IMG/VR virus record: IMGVR_UViG_3300031555_001734 | Strand: one strand, 5' to 3' | Length of the DNA: 64,000 nucleotides | From: an uncultured virus (IMG/VR IMGVR_UViG_3300031555_001734) | Taxonomy: Duplodnaviria; Heunggongvirae; Uroviricota; Caudoviricetes | Part shown: piece after piece, positions 43,860 through 54,900 of the stretch | How the letters are laid out: every line of letters starts with the position of its first letter | Position numbering within the stretch: the stretch's first letter is position 1 | Position numbers and translations under genes: made by a program | Notes under the pieces: model-generated | Told to the model about the DNA's origin: nothing | Databases searched by the model: none | The model's input: the letters and a program-made list of their open reading frames with translations, nothing else

Positions 43860-46649
43860 TTGGCAGACGGTGAGGTCATTATTGATACCAGTTTGGACCC
43901 CAGCGGGCTTGAGGAAGGTCTAGGCAAATTAGGCACTCTGGCAAAAACTAGCCTCAAGGCGACGACTGTTGCTATCTCGGCAGTGACAACCGCCCTTTCT
44001 GCCTGTGCAGCATACTGCGTCAAGGTCGGATCTGATTTCGAGTCCGCCATGTCTCAGGTAGAAGCAATCTCCGGTGCCAGCAGCGCAACGGTGGTTACAG
44101 CTGCTGGAGAAATGGTGAATGGCCTTGATGCTTTAAGCGAGAAAGCCAAGGAAATGGGTGCCACCACCAAGTTCAGTGCTACTGAAGCTGCAGAAGCATT
44201 GAACTACATGGCTATGGCAGGCTGGGAACCCCAGCAAATGTATGACGGTCTGGCCGGTATAATGAACCTGGCAGCCGCCTCCGGTGAGAACCTTGCAACG
44301 ACTTCCGACATTGTTACGGATGCACTGACGGCGTTTGGTATGGCCGCTGGTGAGTCTGGGCATTTTGCGAACATCCTTGCAAGCACATCTGCATCGTCAA
44401 ACACAAATGTCGCCCTGATGGGCGAGACCTTTAAGTATGTTGCCCCACTGTGTGGTACACTTGGATACTCCGCAGAAGATGCTGCGATAGCTATCGGTTT
44501 GATGGCAAACTCCGGCATAAAGGGTAGTCAGGCTGGTACAGCACTGAAGACGGCCCTTGCCAATATGGCGGCACCTACAGATAAGATAGCGGGAGCTATG
44601 GAGGATCTCGGAATCTCGATGGTAGATTCCGCGGGCAATTCCAAAACTCTCATGGAGGTCATGCAGGGCCTCCGTACAAGTTTTGCTGACCTCAGCGAAA
44701 CAGAGCAAGCTGCAGCTGCCTCTACCATTTTTGGCAAAGAAGCAATGAGCGGCATGCTTGCCATCATCAATGCCAGCGATGAGGAGTTTGCTAAGCTCAC
44801 TGAATCGATATATGACTGCGAAGGTGCGGCCGAATCTATGGCTGCTACCATGCAGGATAACCTTCAGGGTCAGCTTACGATTCTGATGTCTGGCGTTGAA
44901 GGCCTGGGAATCGCTGTTTTTGAAAAACTCCAAGAACCTCTTAAGGAGCTTGCGATCAAGGGCCAGGAATATATCTCAACACTCTATAATGCGTTCAATG
45001 AGAACGGATTCGACGGGCTGGTCACTTCGTTTGGTGACGTACTGGTTGACATTGTGGAAGAGGTAGCAAATGCGGCACCTCGGCTCATTGATGCTGCGGC
45101 ATCTCTGGTGCATTCCTTCTGCATAGGCATCCAGGAGGCTGAAGGTGTTGGCACTGCCGGCTCTACTCTGATTGTTTCGTTCATTTCGGCAATCGCAAGC
45201 TGCACCGGTGATATGTGGTCCACTGCGATCACGCTCATTGGAACTCTGGCGGAAGGTATCGCTTCTGGCCTCCCGGACATGATCGCTGCGGCAGGAGGCT
45301 GTGTCCAGGCTATCCTTGATTCGATAGTCGCCCAGCTTCCGGTTTTGCTCTCTGCAGGACTTCAGATCATAGAAACCGTCGCATCTGGTATTATCTCAAG
45401 CCTGCCTAGTCTCGCAGAACAAGGACTCACCATACTGAGCACTTTGTTCGATGCTCTGATGGTAGGTCTGCCCCAGATCACAGAGATTGGAATCAGTCTG
45501 ATTGACACACTGACTTCCAGTATCGCCACCGGTCTTCCTCAGCTCATTCCCATGGCGATGGAGGCCATTGTTTCGTTCAGCGGAACGCTCAGAGAAAACG
45601 TAGGTCTTCTGATTGACTCCGGACTCGCCATGATCCAGGCTCTGGCCAGTTCGTTGATCTCGAATATTCCTACTTTCCTCGCTACAGTACCGACTATAAT
45701 CACAAATCTGTGCGGCTGTATAAACGACAATGCCCCCAAATTGCTCGAAGCCGGAATCAGTCTGATAGTCGAATTGGCGGCAGGTCTGATTTATGCCATC
45801 CCAGATTTGATCGATGCGATCCCGGCCATTATCGAGGCCATAATCGCCGCATTCAGCGCATTCAACTGGGTTCAGTTTGGTAGTAAAATCATCACAATGA
45901 TCGGTGATGGTTTCCGGGCTCTGGCAACACATCTGCCGGATGCCATAAGGAAAATCGGTCAAAGCGCAAAAGACTGTTTCGCCAACATGGATTGGAACAG
46001 GCTTGGATCGAATGTAATCACATGGATTGCAAACGGAATTAACGCTCTGTTGACCACAATCCCGAAACTGTTGGTTGACATCGGAAAGAGCGCAATCAGC
46101 GGAATCAAGTCCATGGACTGGCTCGGCCTCGGCAGCAGCCTAATTAAAGGCATGGCTTCCGGTGTTGCCAGTGCTGCTTCCAGTCTGGTAAATGCTGCTG
46201 TCAATGCAGCAAGTAATGCCATCCAGAGAGTGAAGTCCTGGTTGGGAATCAACAGCCCTTCTCGTCGTGCAAGAGATGAAATCGGTAAGCACATCCTTCC
46301 TGGTATCGGACAAGGCATCGATCAGACCAGCCCTGAACTGAATGATACGATGCAGGATGCGGCCAGCGAGATGATTAACTCTTTCGACACAGCGACGGAG
46401 GATATCGATGTATCTGGTCTGGTAAAGAAAATGCGTGATGGCGTGACTGAACAAGTAGGAAACATCAACGCTAATGTCTCTGTGAAGACCCGCACCGGAA
46501 CGGGACAGGTCGATGGAACTATGGACGAGTATCTCGACTATGAACAACTGGGCGATGCCGTTGCCCGCGGTTTCGTTCGTGCTGACGTCAAGGTTGAGTG
46601 CGACGACAGAGAGTTCGGCCGCTTGATCTCTGACATTGAACCTGCATAG
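43860..46649 (+). CDS. Tail tape measure protein (TP901-type)
   Basis: ADG.V.IDT, FSATEAAEAL.YMAMAGW, GIKGSQAGT.L, amphipathic repeats, GINSPSR. Confidence 0.95.
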   Translation: MADGEVIIDTSLDPSGLEEGLGKLGTLAKTSLKATTVAISAVTTALSACAAYCVKVGSDFESAMSQVEAISGASSATVVTAAGEMVNGLDALSEKAKEMGATTKFSATEAAEALNYMAMAGWEPQQMYDGLAGIMNLAAASGENLATTSDIVTDALTAFGMAAGESGHFANILASTSASSNTNVALMGETFKYVAPLCGTLGYSAEDAAIAIGLMANSGIKGSQAGTALKTALANMAAPTDKIAGAMEDLGISMVDSAGNSKTLMEVMQGLRTSFADLSETEQAAAASTIFGKEAMSGMLAIINASDEEFAKLTESIYDCEGAAESMAATMQDNLQGQLTILMSGVEGLGIAVFEKLQEPLKELAIKGQEYISTLYNAFNENGFDGLVTSFGDVLVDIVEEVANAAPRLIDAAASLVHSFCIGIQEAEGVGTAGSTLIVSFISAIASCTGDMWSTAITLIGTLAEGIASGLPDMIAAAGGCVQAILDSIVAQLPVLLSAGLQIIETVASGIISSLPSLAEQGLTILSTLFDALMVGLPQITEIGISLIDTLTSSIATGLPQLIPMAMEAIVSFSGTLRENVGLLIDSGLAMIQALASSLISNIPTFLATVPTIITNLCGCINDNAPKLLEAGISLIVELAAGLIYAIPDLIDAIPAIIEAIIAAFSAFNWVQFGSKIITMIGDGFRALATHLPDAIRKIGQSAKDCFANMDWNRLGSNVITWIANGINALLTTIPKLLVDIGKSAISGIKSMDWLGLGSSLIKGMASGVASAASSLVNAAVNAASNAIQRVKSWLGINSPSRRARDEIGKHILPGIGQGIDQTSPELNDTMQDAASEMINSFDTATEDIDVSGLVKKMRDGVTEQVGNINANVSVKTRTGTGQVDGTMDEYLDYEQLGDAVARGFVRADVKVECDDREFGRLISDIEPA

Positions 46650-46662
46650 GAGGTGGTGTGAT

Positions 46663-47529
46663 TTGAAGTATGACATTTATTACCAGAACAGTGTAGGAAC
46701 AAAGCTGGAATTCTGTAATATCCCGTATCTGCTGGAGACAGGAGATTTCCTGGACTTTGCATGGGAGTTTACTTCTTCCACGAACTACAATGCGTATGGC
46801 GGTAAAATCGATGAGTTCACCAAGTCTATCACCTCCAAGAAACTGAAACTGACCATTATGGCCTGGACTGAAGCAGATTACATTGCCGCCCTGGACAAAA
46901 TGATAGATGTCTTTGAGTACGATATCATCAATAAGACTCCGGGCAAGCTGTACTGTAACGGAAACTACATGAAGTGTTATATTACGGCGGGCAAGATGAC
47001 GGATTGGGAAGACCCGGCAGATTATATGACCGCAGAACTGACGATTACCACCGAGTATCCGATGTGGATCATTGAAAAAGAATGGAACTTCGTTCCGACA
47101 GGCAACCTGGCAGCGGGAAGTAAGCGATATGCGAATCGGTATCCCTACAGATATGCAAACGGAACGACTACCGGAACGATTCTTCAGGGATCGAACTCTC
47201 CGGCGAACTTCAAAATCGTGTTCCACGGGCCAGCCAATGATCCGGCGGTTATTATCGGCGGTAATACGTACGGTGTTACAGGAATCAGCCTGGACGAAAG
47301 CGATTATATCGTTATTGATTCTTCCGAGGGTAAGGTTCTGAAATACTTCGCTGATGGCGAGGTGCGGAACATTTTCAACGCAAGAACCCGAGTGAACTCG
47401 TGCTTCGAGAGGCTCCAGGCAGGCTCCTTGCCGATTCAGTGGTCTGGTGAGTATCTGTTGTCAATCACAGTATTCGAGGAAAGGAGTATGCCGAAATGGA
47501 GCTTATCTCAGTCAAGGAAGACGGTGTAG
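46663..47529 (+). CDS. Distal tail protein (Dit)
   Basis: Follows TMP; PGKLY, YPY.Y, C-terminal EERS.PKW. Confidence 0.75.
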   Translation: MKYDIYYQNSVGTKLEFCNIPYLLETGDFLDFAWEFTSSTNYNAYGGKIDEFTKSITSKKLKLTIMAWTEADYIAALDKMIDVFEYDIINKTPGKLYCNGNYMKCYITAGKMTDWEDPADYMTAELTITTEYPMWIIEKEWNFVPTGNLAAGSKRYANRYPYRYANGTTTGTILQGSNSPANFKIVFHGPANDPAVIIGGNTYGVTGISLDESDYIVIDSSEGKVLKYFADGEVRNIFNARTRVNSCFERLQAGSLPIQWSGEYLLSITVFEERSMPKWSLSQSRKTV

Positions 47530-48503
47530 AACTCGGACTGTTGAAGGATGTTAGAGGCTTGGATGTGAGTATCGGAGGCAGCAATGACTTTGTAATCACA
47601 TTTAACTCTGGCGACTGGCAGAACAATGAGGCACTTCTCGAAGCCGATTACTGGTATGCTGACGGATATGGTGAGGTCGGCGGTAAGATCCGCTGCATCA
47701 AATCGTCCACGAAGGAAAAGAAGGTCAAGGCAAGCGGCTATACATGGCGTGGCCTTATGGAGAAAAAGATAATCGAACCACCGGAAGGTGAAGATTACAG
47801 GGTCGTATCAGGTGAGGCAAATGCTGTGCTTGCCGAGCTGATCGAACCTTGCTTCGGCGGATTCTTTGTCGTGTCCGACGAAAATAGTGGGTTTGAAATA
47901 AGCAGCCACCAGTTCAAACGATACGAAACCCTGTTGGCGGGTACGGTAGATATGCTCTATGAAGTCGGGGCGAAGCTGGAGATCAGCTTCGTTCCCGGCT
48001 ATTCTACTGTCAGCTCATTCGTCCCTGGCTATGTGTTGGTAAAGGCAGTAGCCATTATTGACTACTCGAACGAGATCGAGTATAGCCAGGACGGGAAAGT
48101 GGACTTCACTGCCGAGGCAAACCGAATGGGTGTCAACCATCTGATTTGCCTCGGTCAAGGCGAACTGAAAGATCGTCAGGTTGTTCACCTGTATATGGAC
48201 GAAGAAGGAAACATCAGTACGGAACAGTCGCTGACTGGTGTTGACGAAATCACGGATGTCTACGACTACTCTTCTGCGGAGAGTCTGGAGGACCTGATTG
48301 TCTATGGAAAAAAACGGCTGAAAGAACAGGGAAATTACACCACGCTCCAAATCAGCCTGAATGAAATGGATGCGCAGGTTGGTGACATTGTTGGCGGTCA
48401 GGAACAGGTGACAGGTATTACGCTGAAGAAGCAGATTGCCGAGATCATCTTCAAGATCGACAGCAAGGGCAAATTATACATTACACACAAGGTTGGTGAA
48501 TGA
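47496..48503 (+). CDS. Tail hub/baseplate protein (ReqiPepy6 gp37-like)
   Basis: G.TWRG....KIIEP, NHLICLG.GEL..R.V.HLY, VGDIV. Confidence 0.72.
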   Translation: MELISVKEDGVELGLLKDVRGLDVSIGGSNDFVITFNSGDWQNNEALLEADYWYADGYGEVGGKIRCIKSSTKEKKVKASGYTWRGLMEKKIIEPPEGEDYRVVSGEANAVLAELIEPCFGGFFVVSDENSGFEISSHQFKRYETLLAGTVDMLYEVGAKLEISFVPGYSTVSSFVPGYVLVKAVAIIDYSNEIEYSQDGKVDFTAEANRMGVNHLICLGQGELKDRQVVHLYMDEEGNISTEQSLTGVDEITDVYDYSSAESLEDLIVYGKKRLKEQGNYTTLQISLNEMDAQVGDIVGGQEQVTGITLKKQIAEIIFKIDSKGKLYITHKVGE

Positions 48504-48504
48504 T

Positions 48505-49098
48505 ATGGGATTCAAGGGATTGACAGTGAACAGACCTGAGGACGAAGATCCTCATATCTATGCTGAGAATGATGCGGCCATCTATCAGGCGATTCTTGGC
48601 GACGGCGATATGCTCCTGAATTATGGTGACTGCTTCAGCATGGTTTCCACGAGCTACAATTCCATCCAGGTCAGCAGTGGCCTGCTGGCTGTTCAGGGCC
48701 ATATGGGTGTAATTGAAATCGGAGACACGGCAGAGCTGACACTGAGCAACGGCACTTCCGGCGTGACTCGTAACGACCTCGTGGTTGCCCGGTTTACAAC
48801 GACAGGCAATCACGGAGAGGACACATTCACATTGGCTGTTCTGACAGGCGGCAGTGATGGCTCTGATCCGACGTACACTGCAGAAGATCTGAACGATGGC
48901 GGTAAAACCAGAGAGTTCCCGATTGCGAGAGTGACCATGAACGGACTCAACATCTCTGCGATAGAAATGTTGGTTGAGCCTGCCACCTGCATGAAGGATC
49001 TGCTCCATGCTCTGAATGAGCGCATTTCCTACGGCACTACTCAGCCTACGGCCAGCATGGGCGAGGACGGCGATATCTACATCATGTATGAAGCATGA
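48505..49098 (+). CDS. Upper baseplate / fibre adaptor protein
   Basis: NGT.G..R.DLVVAR; C-terminal YGT..P....G.DGDIY. Confidence 0.65.
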   Translation: MGFKGLTVNRPEDEDPHIYAENDAAIYQAILGDGDMLLNYGDCFSMVSTSYNSIQVSSGLLAVQGHMGVIEIGDTAELTLSNGTSGVTRNDLVVARFTTTGNHGEDTFTLAVLTGGSDGSDPTYTAEDLNDGGKTREFPIARVTMNGLNISAIEMLVEPATCMKDLLHALNERISYGTTQPTASMGEDGDIYIMYEA

Positions 49099-49141
49099 TG
49101 ACCTGTAAGTTAATCAGAATACGGCAGGAAAGGAGTAATTT

Positions 49142-50458
49142 ATGGCAACGCAACAGGTAAATTATAGTGACTCTGCTAATGGATGGGACGTAACCATATA
49201 TTGGGAAGCGGATTATGACGATACTGAGTGTTGGGTATGGTGGGAAGTAAACTCCAACTCGTACAGCAGAACCTTCGCCATAGTCGTAAGTGGCAATAGT
49301 AGCAACAAACTCAATTCTGGTATATCCCTTGCCTCTGGCACAGTTTGCTATTTCCAGGTATTCAAAAACGGCGCATATTCTCAGCAGAAAGGACCGTTCA
49401 CGGTTTCTGCACCTGTACGTCCTAAGTATACGATTTCCTATAACGCCAACGGCGGTTCCGGAGCGCCTTCCAGTCAGACCAAGACATATGGCTATTCACT
49501 CACTCTGAGTACCACGAAGCCCACCAGGACAGGATATACCTTCCTTGGCTGGTCTACCAGTAAATCGGCAACAAGCGCAACGTATGAGCCTGGAGACACA
49601 TACACATCTGAAGGTGATGCGACTCTGTATGCTGTCTGGAAGATCATCACATACACTGTCAAGTTCGATGCGAACGGTGGCACTGGAGCTCCTGGCAACC
49701 AGACGAAAACGTATGGAACGGCCCTGACTCTGACAAGTACGAAGCCTACCCGAACGGGATATACCTTCAAGTCGTGGAACACAAAGGCAGATGGATCTGG
49801 AACGTCGTATGCTTCTGGTGGCTCCTACACATCCAATGCAGCGGTAACGTTGTATGCGATCTGGACTGCAAACCAGTATGCCGTCAAGTATAACGCCAAC
49901 GGCGGCTCTGGCTCAATGAATGACCAGACCATGACCTATGACACGGCTGCGAATCTGACTGCAAATGCTTTCACATATGCAGGCCGCACCTTCACGGGCT
50001 GGGCAACATCGGCAACCGGAGAAAAGGTGTATTCCGATAAGCAGTCGGTCAAAAATCTGGTATCTACGTCTGGTGGCTCCATCACACTTTATGCCGTTTG
50101 GAGCATAAATGCCATCACGATTACCTTCGATGCTGCCAGCAATGGCGGTACTTGCAGTGAAGCAAGCAGAGAAATCGACTACGGTAGTTCTCTCGGCACT
50201 CTGCCTGTAGCGAGCAGACCGTACTACGTTTTTGCCGGCTGGTATACTGCAAAGACCGGAGGCACGAAGGTAACGACGACCAAGACGTTCACTGCATCCA
50301 CAACGCTGTATGCTCAGTTTGTCATTGATGCTTCCACCAGCATCAAAGTATCCGGTGCCTGGAAGAAGGGCATCCCATACGTCAAGGTTGGTGGCGAGTA
50401 TAAGAAAGGCTACGCATGGGTGAAAATCGGCGGAGTCTGGAAGCAGGGAATTGGCTAA
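49142..50458 (+). CDS. Tail-associated adhesin with four Listeria-Bacteroides (InlB B) repeats
   Basis: Repeated Y...Y.ANGG.G....TR.GY.F.GW....TLYA.W; C-terminal KVGG.WK repeats. Confidence 0.85.
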   Translation: MATQQVNYSDSANGWDVTIYWEADYDDTECWVWWEVNSNSYSRTFAIVVSGNSSNKLNSGISLASGTVCYFQVFKNGAYSQQKGPFTVSAPVRPKYTISYNANGGSGAPSSQTKTYGYSLTLSTTKPTRTGYTFLGWSTSKSATSATYEPGDTYTSEGDATLYAVWKIITYTVKFDANGGTGAPGNQTKTYGTALTLTSTKPTRTGYTFKSWNTKADGSGTSYASGGSYTSNAAVTLYAIWTANQYAVKYNANGGSGSMNDQTMTYDTAANLTANAFTYAGRTFTGWATSATGEKVYSDKQSVKNLVSTSGGSITLYAVWSINAITITFDAASNGGTCSEASREIDYGSSLGTLPVASRPYYVFAGWYTAKTGGTKVTTTKTFTASTTLYAQFVIDASTSIKVSGAWKKGIPYVKVGGEYKKGYAWVKIGGVWKQGIG

Positions 50459-50483
50459 GCACAAAGAAATGTTTATACAATGT

Positions 50484-50519
50484 GACCTCCTCGCCGTAAA
50501 AGGTGGGGAGGTCTTTTTT
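50484..50519 (+). terminator. Intrinsic terminator
   Basis: gacctcctcgcc/ggtggggaggtc stem plus T6. Confidence 0.8.
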
Positions 50520-50539
50520 AGAATGGAGTGTGAGTTGCA

Positions 50540-50857
50540 ATGATTCGTGGAACGACACCTACACACATTTTTGAGCTGCCGTTTGATACATGCGAACTTA
50601 CAAAGATCCGCATCCTCTATGCCCAGAATGATGAAATGATTCTGGAAAAAACAGAGAAGGACTGTGAACTCAATGGACCTGTCATCAAAGTCAGACTTAC
50701 CCAAGAGGAAACTATGAAGGTTAAGCATCTCGACATGGTTCAGATCCAGCTCCATGTCCTTACATCGAAAGATGACTCTCTGGTGTCCAACGTTTACAAG
50801 GTTCCGGCGTATCAGCTCTTAAAGGATGAGGTGCTGAGTAATGAGACTGAGAGTTAA
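50540..50857 (+). CDS. BppU-like baseplate protein
   Basis: MIRGTTPT..F.LP, LTQEET, QIQ. Confidence 0.7.
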   Translation: MIRGTTPTHIFELPFDTCELTKIRILYAQNDEMILEKTEKDCELNGPVIKVRLTQEETMKVKHLDMVQIQLHVLTSKDDSLVSNVYKVPAYQLLKDEVLSNETES

Positions 50858-51134
50858 ATTCCATGAAGCTGATCAGTTCATTCCGCTCAAGTTTGATTTT
50901 TCTGAGGTAGAGCAGCAAATCCCGCTTAAGTTCGAAAGCATCCAAGAGGTGCACGTGGCAGGAAGAGGCGCTTATGATGGCCCTTATAGCGTAACCCCTA
51001 CGGTTGACGAACAGAAGTTGGAAACAGCCCAGAAGATAATGCTTGATGACGTGACAGTGAAAGCAATTCCGTATTATACAGTCAGCAATGTATCGGGAGG
51101 CACAACGATCTATATTGCTGACACACTCGAGTAA
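50841..51134 (+). CDS. Tail fibre accessory protein
   Basis: Y.GPY.VTP....L.T..K....DVTV..IPY...SN..GG.T.YI. Confidence 0.65.
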   Translation: MRLRVKFHEADQFIPLKFDFSEVEQQIPLKFESIQEVHVAGRGAYDGPYSVTPTVDEQKLETAQKIMLDDVTVKAIPYYTVSNVSGGTTIYIADTLE

Positions 51135-51148
51135 AGGAGAGCGATAAT

Positions 51149-51724
51149 ATGGGTGTTTCAAAAGTAATATATGGCGGTAAAGTCCTGATCGACTTGACCG
51201 CCGATACCGTAAAGGCTTCAGATCTTCTGTCCGGCGTTACAGCGCATGGCAGTGATGGCGAGCCGATTGTCGGTACTTGCTCGTTTGATGCAGATACTCA
51301 GGATGCGAATGCTACCGCTTCTGAAGTTCTGAAGGACAGGATCGTCTATGTGCGAGGCGTAAAAGTCACCGGCTCAATGCCGAACAACGGCGCAGTCAAG
51401 GGAGTCATCACCAGTAAAGATACTCCTTACATTGTGCCACCTGGTTTTCATGATGGATCCGGAACAGTACGGATGGATGATACCGAGGCAGCAAAACTGG
51501 TTCCTGACAATATCCGCGAAGGTGTAACGGTTTTTGGTGTAACTGGTGCGATGTCTGGACTTGAAAGCGTAAAGGCTCAAGCGAAAACCATCACACCTGC
51601 CGTTTCGGATCAATCCGTTGTTCCGGATGAAGGGTATAATTACATTTCTCAGGTTACCGTTCTGGCTATCCCTTACGAGGAGAGCAGCAACGCAGCTGGC
51701 GGTATTACCGCAACGATCGGGTGA
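51149..51724 (+). CDS. Tail fibre structural protein
   Basis: KV.YGG.VLIDLT.DTV, G.HDGSG.V, NIR.GV...GV.G, VTV.AIPY. Confidence 0.7.
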   Translation: MGVSKVIYGGKVLIDLTADTVKASDLLSGVTAHGSDGEPIVGTCSFDADTQDANATASEVLKDRIVYVRGVKVTGSMPNNGAVKGVITSKDTPYIVPPGFHDGSGTVRMDDTEAAKLVPDNIREGVTVFGVTGAMSGLESVKAQAKTITPAVSDQSVVPDEGYNYISQVTVLAIPYEESSNAAGGITATIG

Positions 51725-51730
51725 TGACTT

Positions 51731-51967
51731 ATGCCTATCAGTAAGGTTATTTATTACGGAAAAACTCTGATGGATCTGACGGACAGCACCGTAAACCCTG
51801 AGAATTTGGCGACCGGAGAGGTCGCTTATAATTCTGCAGGCGAACGAATTGTGGGAACCGCTGACATGAACAAAGGGGCAACCTTTGAGGTTGTAGAAGA
51901 AACCCTGACTATTGTCAGCGAGAAATCTGTGGTATCCGAAGAAACGCTTGAGATGGGAGAGTTGTAA
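51731..51967 (+). CDS. Tail fibre accessory protein
   Basis: KV.Y.G.TLMDLT..TV....L..G..A....G..I.GT (paralog of the previous N-terminus). Confidence 0.65.
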   Translation: MPISKVIYYGKTLMDLTDSTVNPENLATGEVAYNSAGERIVGTADMNKGATFEVVEETLTIVSEKSVVSEETLEMGEL

Positions 51968-54900
51968 TGTCTGATATTAGCAAAATTGTTCTTAATGGCG
52001 TTGAGTATGACCTGAAGGACTCAACAGCCAGAACTGATCTGGCTACAGCTCTGGCTAGATTGAGCGCACTTCTCACCGAGTTGCAGGCAAACCCGGACTA
52101 TGCACCTACGGCAGAGGTCGTTGACATCCGCACGGCCTATGACGGAACTGTTTATGAATTTGCTGGTGATGCAGTCAGAGCATTAGGGCAGCAACTTAGC
52201 GAGTTCAAGGAAAAGTTCGGTGATAACCTGTACTTCGGTTGGAAGTATGAAAACAGTGTTCTCGAACTGACGCTTAACGGAAATGTTTGTTCTGACCCTG
52301 TTACTATCGTAAGTGGTGGTTCTGGCGGCAGTGCCAATAACGCCACCATGTCCCTGAAGAACACCGGCGGATGGGTATATAAAACGATTGCAACAGGTAA
52401 GGAATGTTCTGTCCAGGCAACATGGTCATCCCTTGAGGATGGCATCAGCACAGGCACAGGCACCCTCAAGGTCACGGTGAATGGATCTGTCCAAATAAAC
52501 AGATCCATTGAGCAGGGCGATTTTTCTATCCCTTTGGAATCGTATCTTGTCGACGGCCCCAATACTGTCCGCATCAATGTTACCGATGTCTATGAAAACA
52601 GCAAAACACTGACGTTCACCATCAATGTTGTGGCGCTGTACCTCAATTCCACTTTTGATGCTACCGCCCAGTACACAGGCGCAATTACTTACTACTATAC
52701 CCCCACGGGTGCTGCAGAAAAAACGATGCACTTCATTCTGGATGGTGAAGAGATTGCGACAGAGATTGTGTCTGTTACTGGACAGCAGCAGGAGTTTTCT
52801 ATACCTGCGCAGACACACGGAAGTCATACCTTCGAGACATATTTCACGGCTGTTGTCGGTTCTGACACGGTTCAGAGTAATTCTCTGTACTATGACCTGA
52901 TGTGCATCGAAGATGGCAACACAACCCCTATCATTGCAAGCACCTTTAGGCCGGTTGCAACCGAACAGTTTGTCACATTCACGATTCCTCATATTGTTTA
53001 CGACCCTGCTAATTTGCAGACTACAGTCGAATACAGAGCCTCTGGTGAGCTGGTAAGTAGCCTCACGGTGGACAGAACCGAGCAGAAGTGGAGTCTTCAG
53101 GGGGCAGATGTGGGCGACCTTGAACTGACCATTACCTGCGGTGATACCGTAAAGAGTTTTACAGTACCCATCATCGAAAGTTCTATGGATGTATCAGCGG
53201 TCACTAACAGCTTGACCCTCCACCTGACAGCCTATGGTCGGAGCAATAATGAGGCGAATCCGGAAGTGTGGGAGTTCGGCGATTGTGCTGCATCTCTCAG
53301 TGGCTTCAACTTCAAATCTGACGGCTGGCAGCTGGATGAGGATGGGAATTCCGTTCTTCGTGTTGCTGGTGATGCCAGGGTCTACATTCCTCTGCAGATA
53401 TTTGCGGAGGATTTCCGTTCTACTGGCAAGACTATCGAGTTGGAATTCGCCACCCGGGATGTGCTGAACTATGATGCTATCCTATTCAGCTGCATGTCCG
53501 GAGGACGTGGTCTGGAAGTCGGTGCGCAGAAAGCCACGCTGACCTCCGAGCAGAGCCAGATCGGCACGCAGTACAAGGAAGAGGAACATGTCCGGCTCGC
53601 ATTTGTCGTTGAAAAGCGAGCAAACCGGCGGCTACTTCTGATGTACATAAACGGCATCATGTCTGGCGCTGTTCAGTACCCCGACAACGACGACTTCTCC
53701 CAGACCGAGCCTGTCGGCCTCTCCATCGGATCCAGCGATTGTACCACAGATATTTATTGCATCCGTGTGTATGATAACGATCTGACCCGCTATCAGGTGT
53801 TGAACAACTGGATCGCTGATACTCAGGTCGGCACGCTGAAAAAGGAGCGGTACGAGCGGAACAACATTTATGACGACTACGGCCGCATCACCATCGGCAC
53901 CCTCAACAAGAATCTTCCTTACCTTGTCATTGAGTGCCCTGTCCTCCCTCAGTTCAAAGGCGATAAGAAAACCTGTAGTGGTTACTATGTTGACCCGGTG
54001 CATCCGGAACGCTGTTTCTATTTCGAGAATGCCCAAATTGACGTTCAGGGTACTTCCTCTCAGTACTACAAGGTCAAGAACTACAAGATTAAGTTCAAAG
54101 GCGGCTTCATACTCACGGACGGTACGACCGTAGAAGTGTATGCTATGAATGACAACGCCGTCCCGGTCGATACCTTCACCTATAAGGCAGACGTCGCATC
54201 GAGCGAAGGCGCCAACAATGTCGTCCTGGCTCAGCTCTACAATGAACTATGCCCGACCAAGACACCTCCACAGGAGGAAGACCCCAGGGTGCGGCAGACT
54301 ATTGACGGTCATCCCATTGTCATCTTCTGGGATTCCGGCTCCGGCCCTGTGTTCGTCGGTAAGTATAACTTCAACAACGACAAGGGAACCGAGGATGTAT
54401 TCGGCTTTAAGACGGGTGACGAGTCCTGGGAAATCAAGCAGAACGGTACTGACCGTGTCGGTTTCCATAGCGCTGACTTCTCTGAGGGCAGCGGCTGGGA
54501 GAACGACTTTGAGGCCCGGTACCCGGAGGACAACACCAATACTTCAAATCTGGAAAGATTCTCTGCATGGCTCGTTACCACCGATCTGACTCAGGTTACG
54601 GGCGCAGACCTCGATGCAGCTGTGACCATCAATGGAGTGGAATACACCCAGGATACAGAGGAATACCGACTGGCTAAATTCACTGCAGAGCTTCCTGACT
54701 GGATGGATGTTTCCGCAGCGGTATTCTACTATGTGTTCACTGAAATTTTCCTTTGTATTGACCAGAGAGAAAAGAACGCATTCCCGACCTTGTATGCGCT
54801 GCTGCTTCTGTGGATTATCCTGTTCTACGATGCTGACTCTTCCCTCGGCATCAACAACAAGGGTGCACTCGCATTCGAGTACTTCCTGGAAGACATTGAC

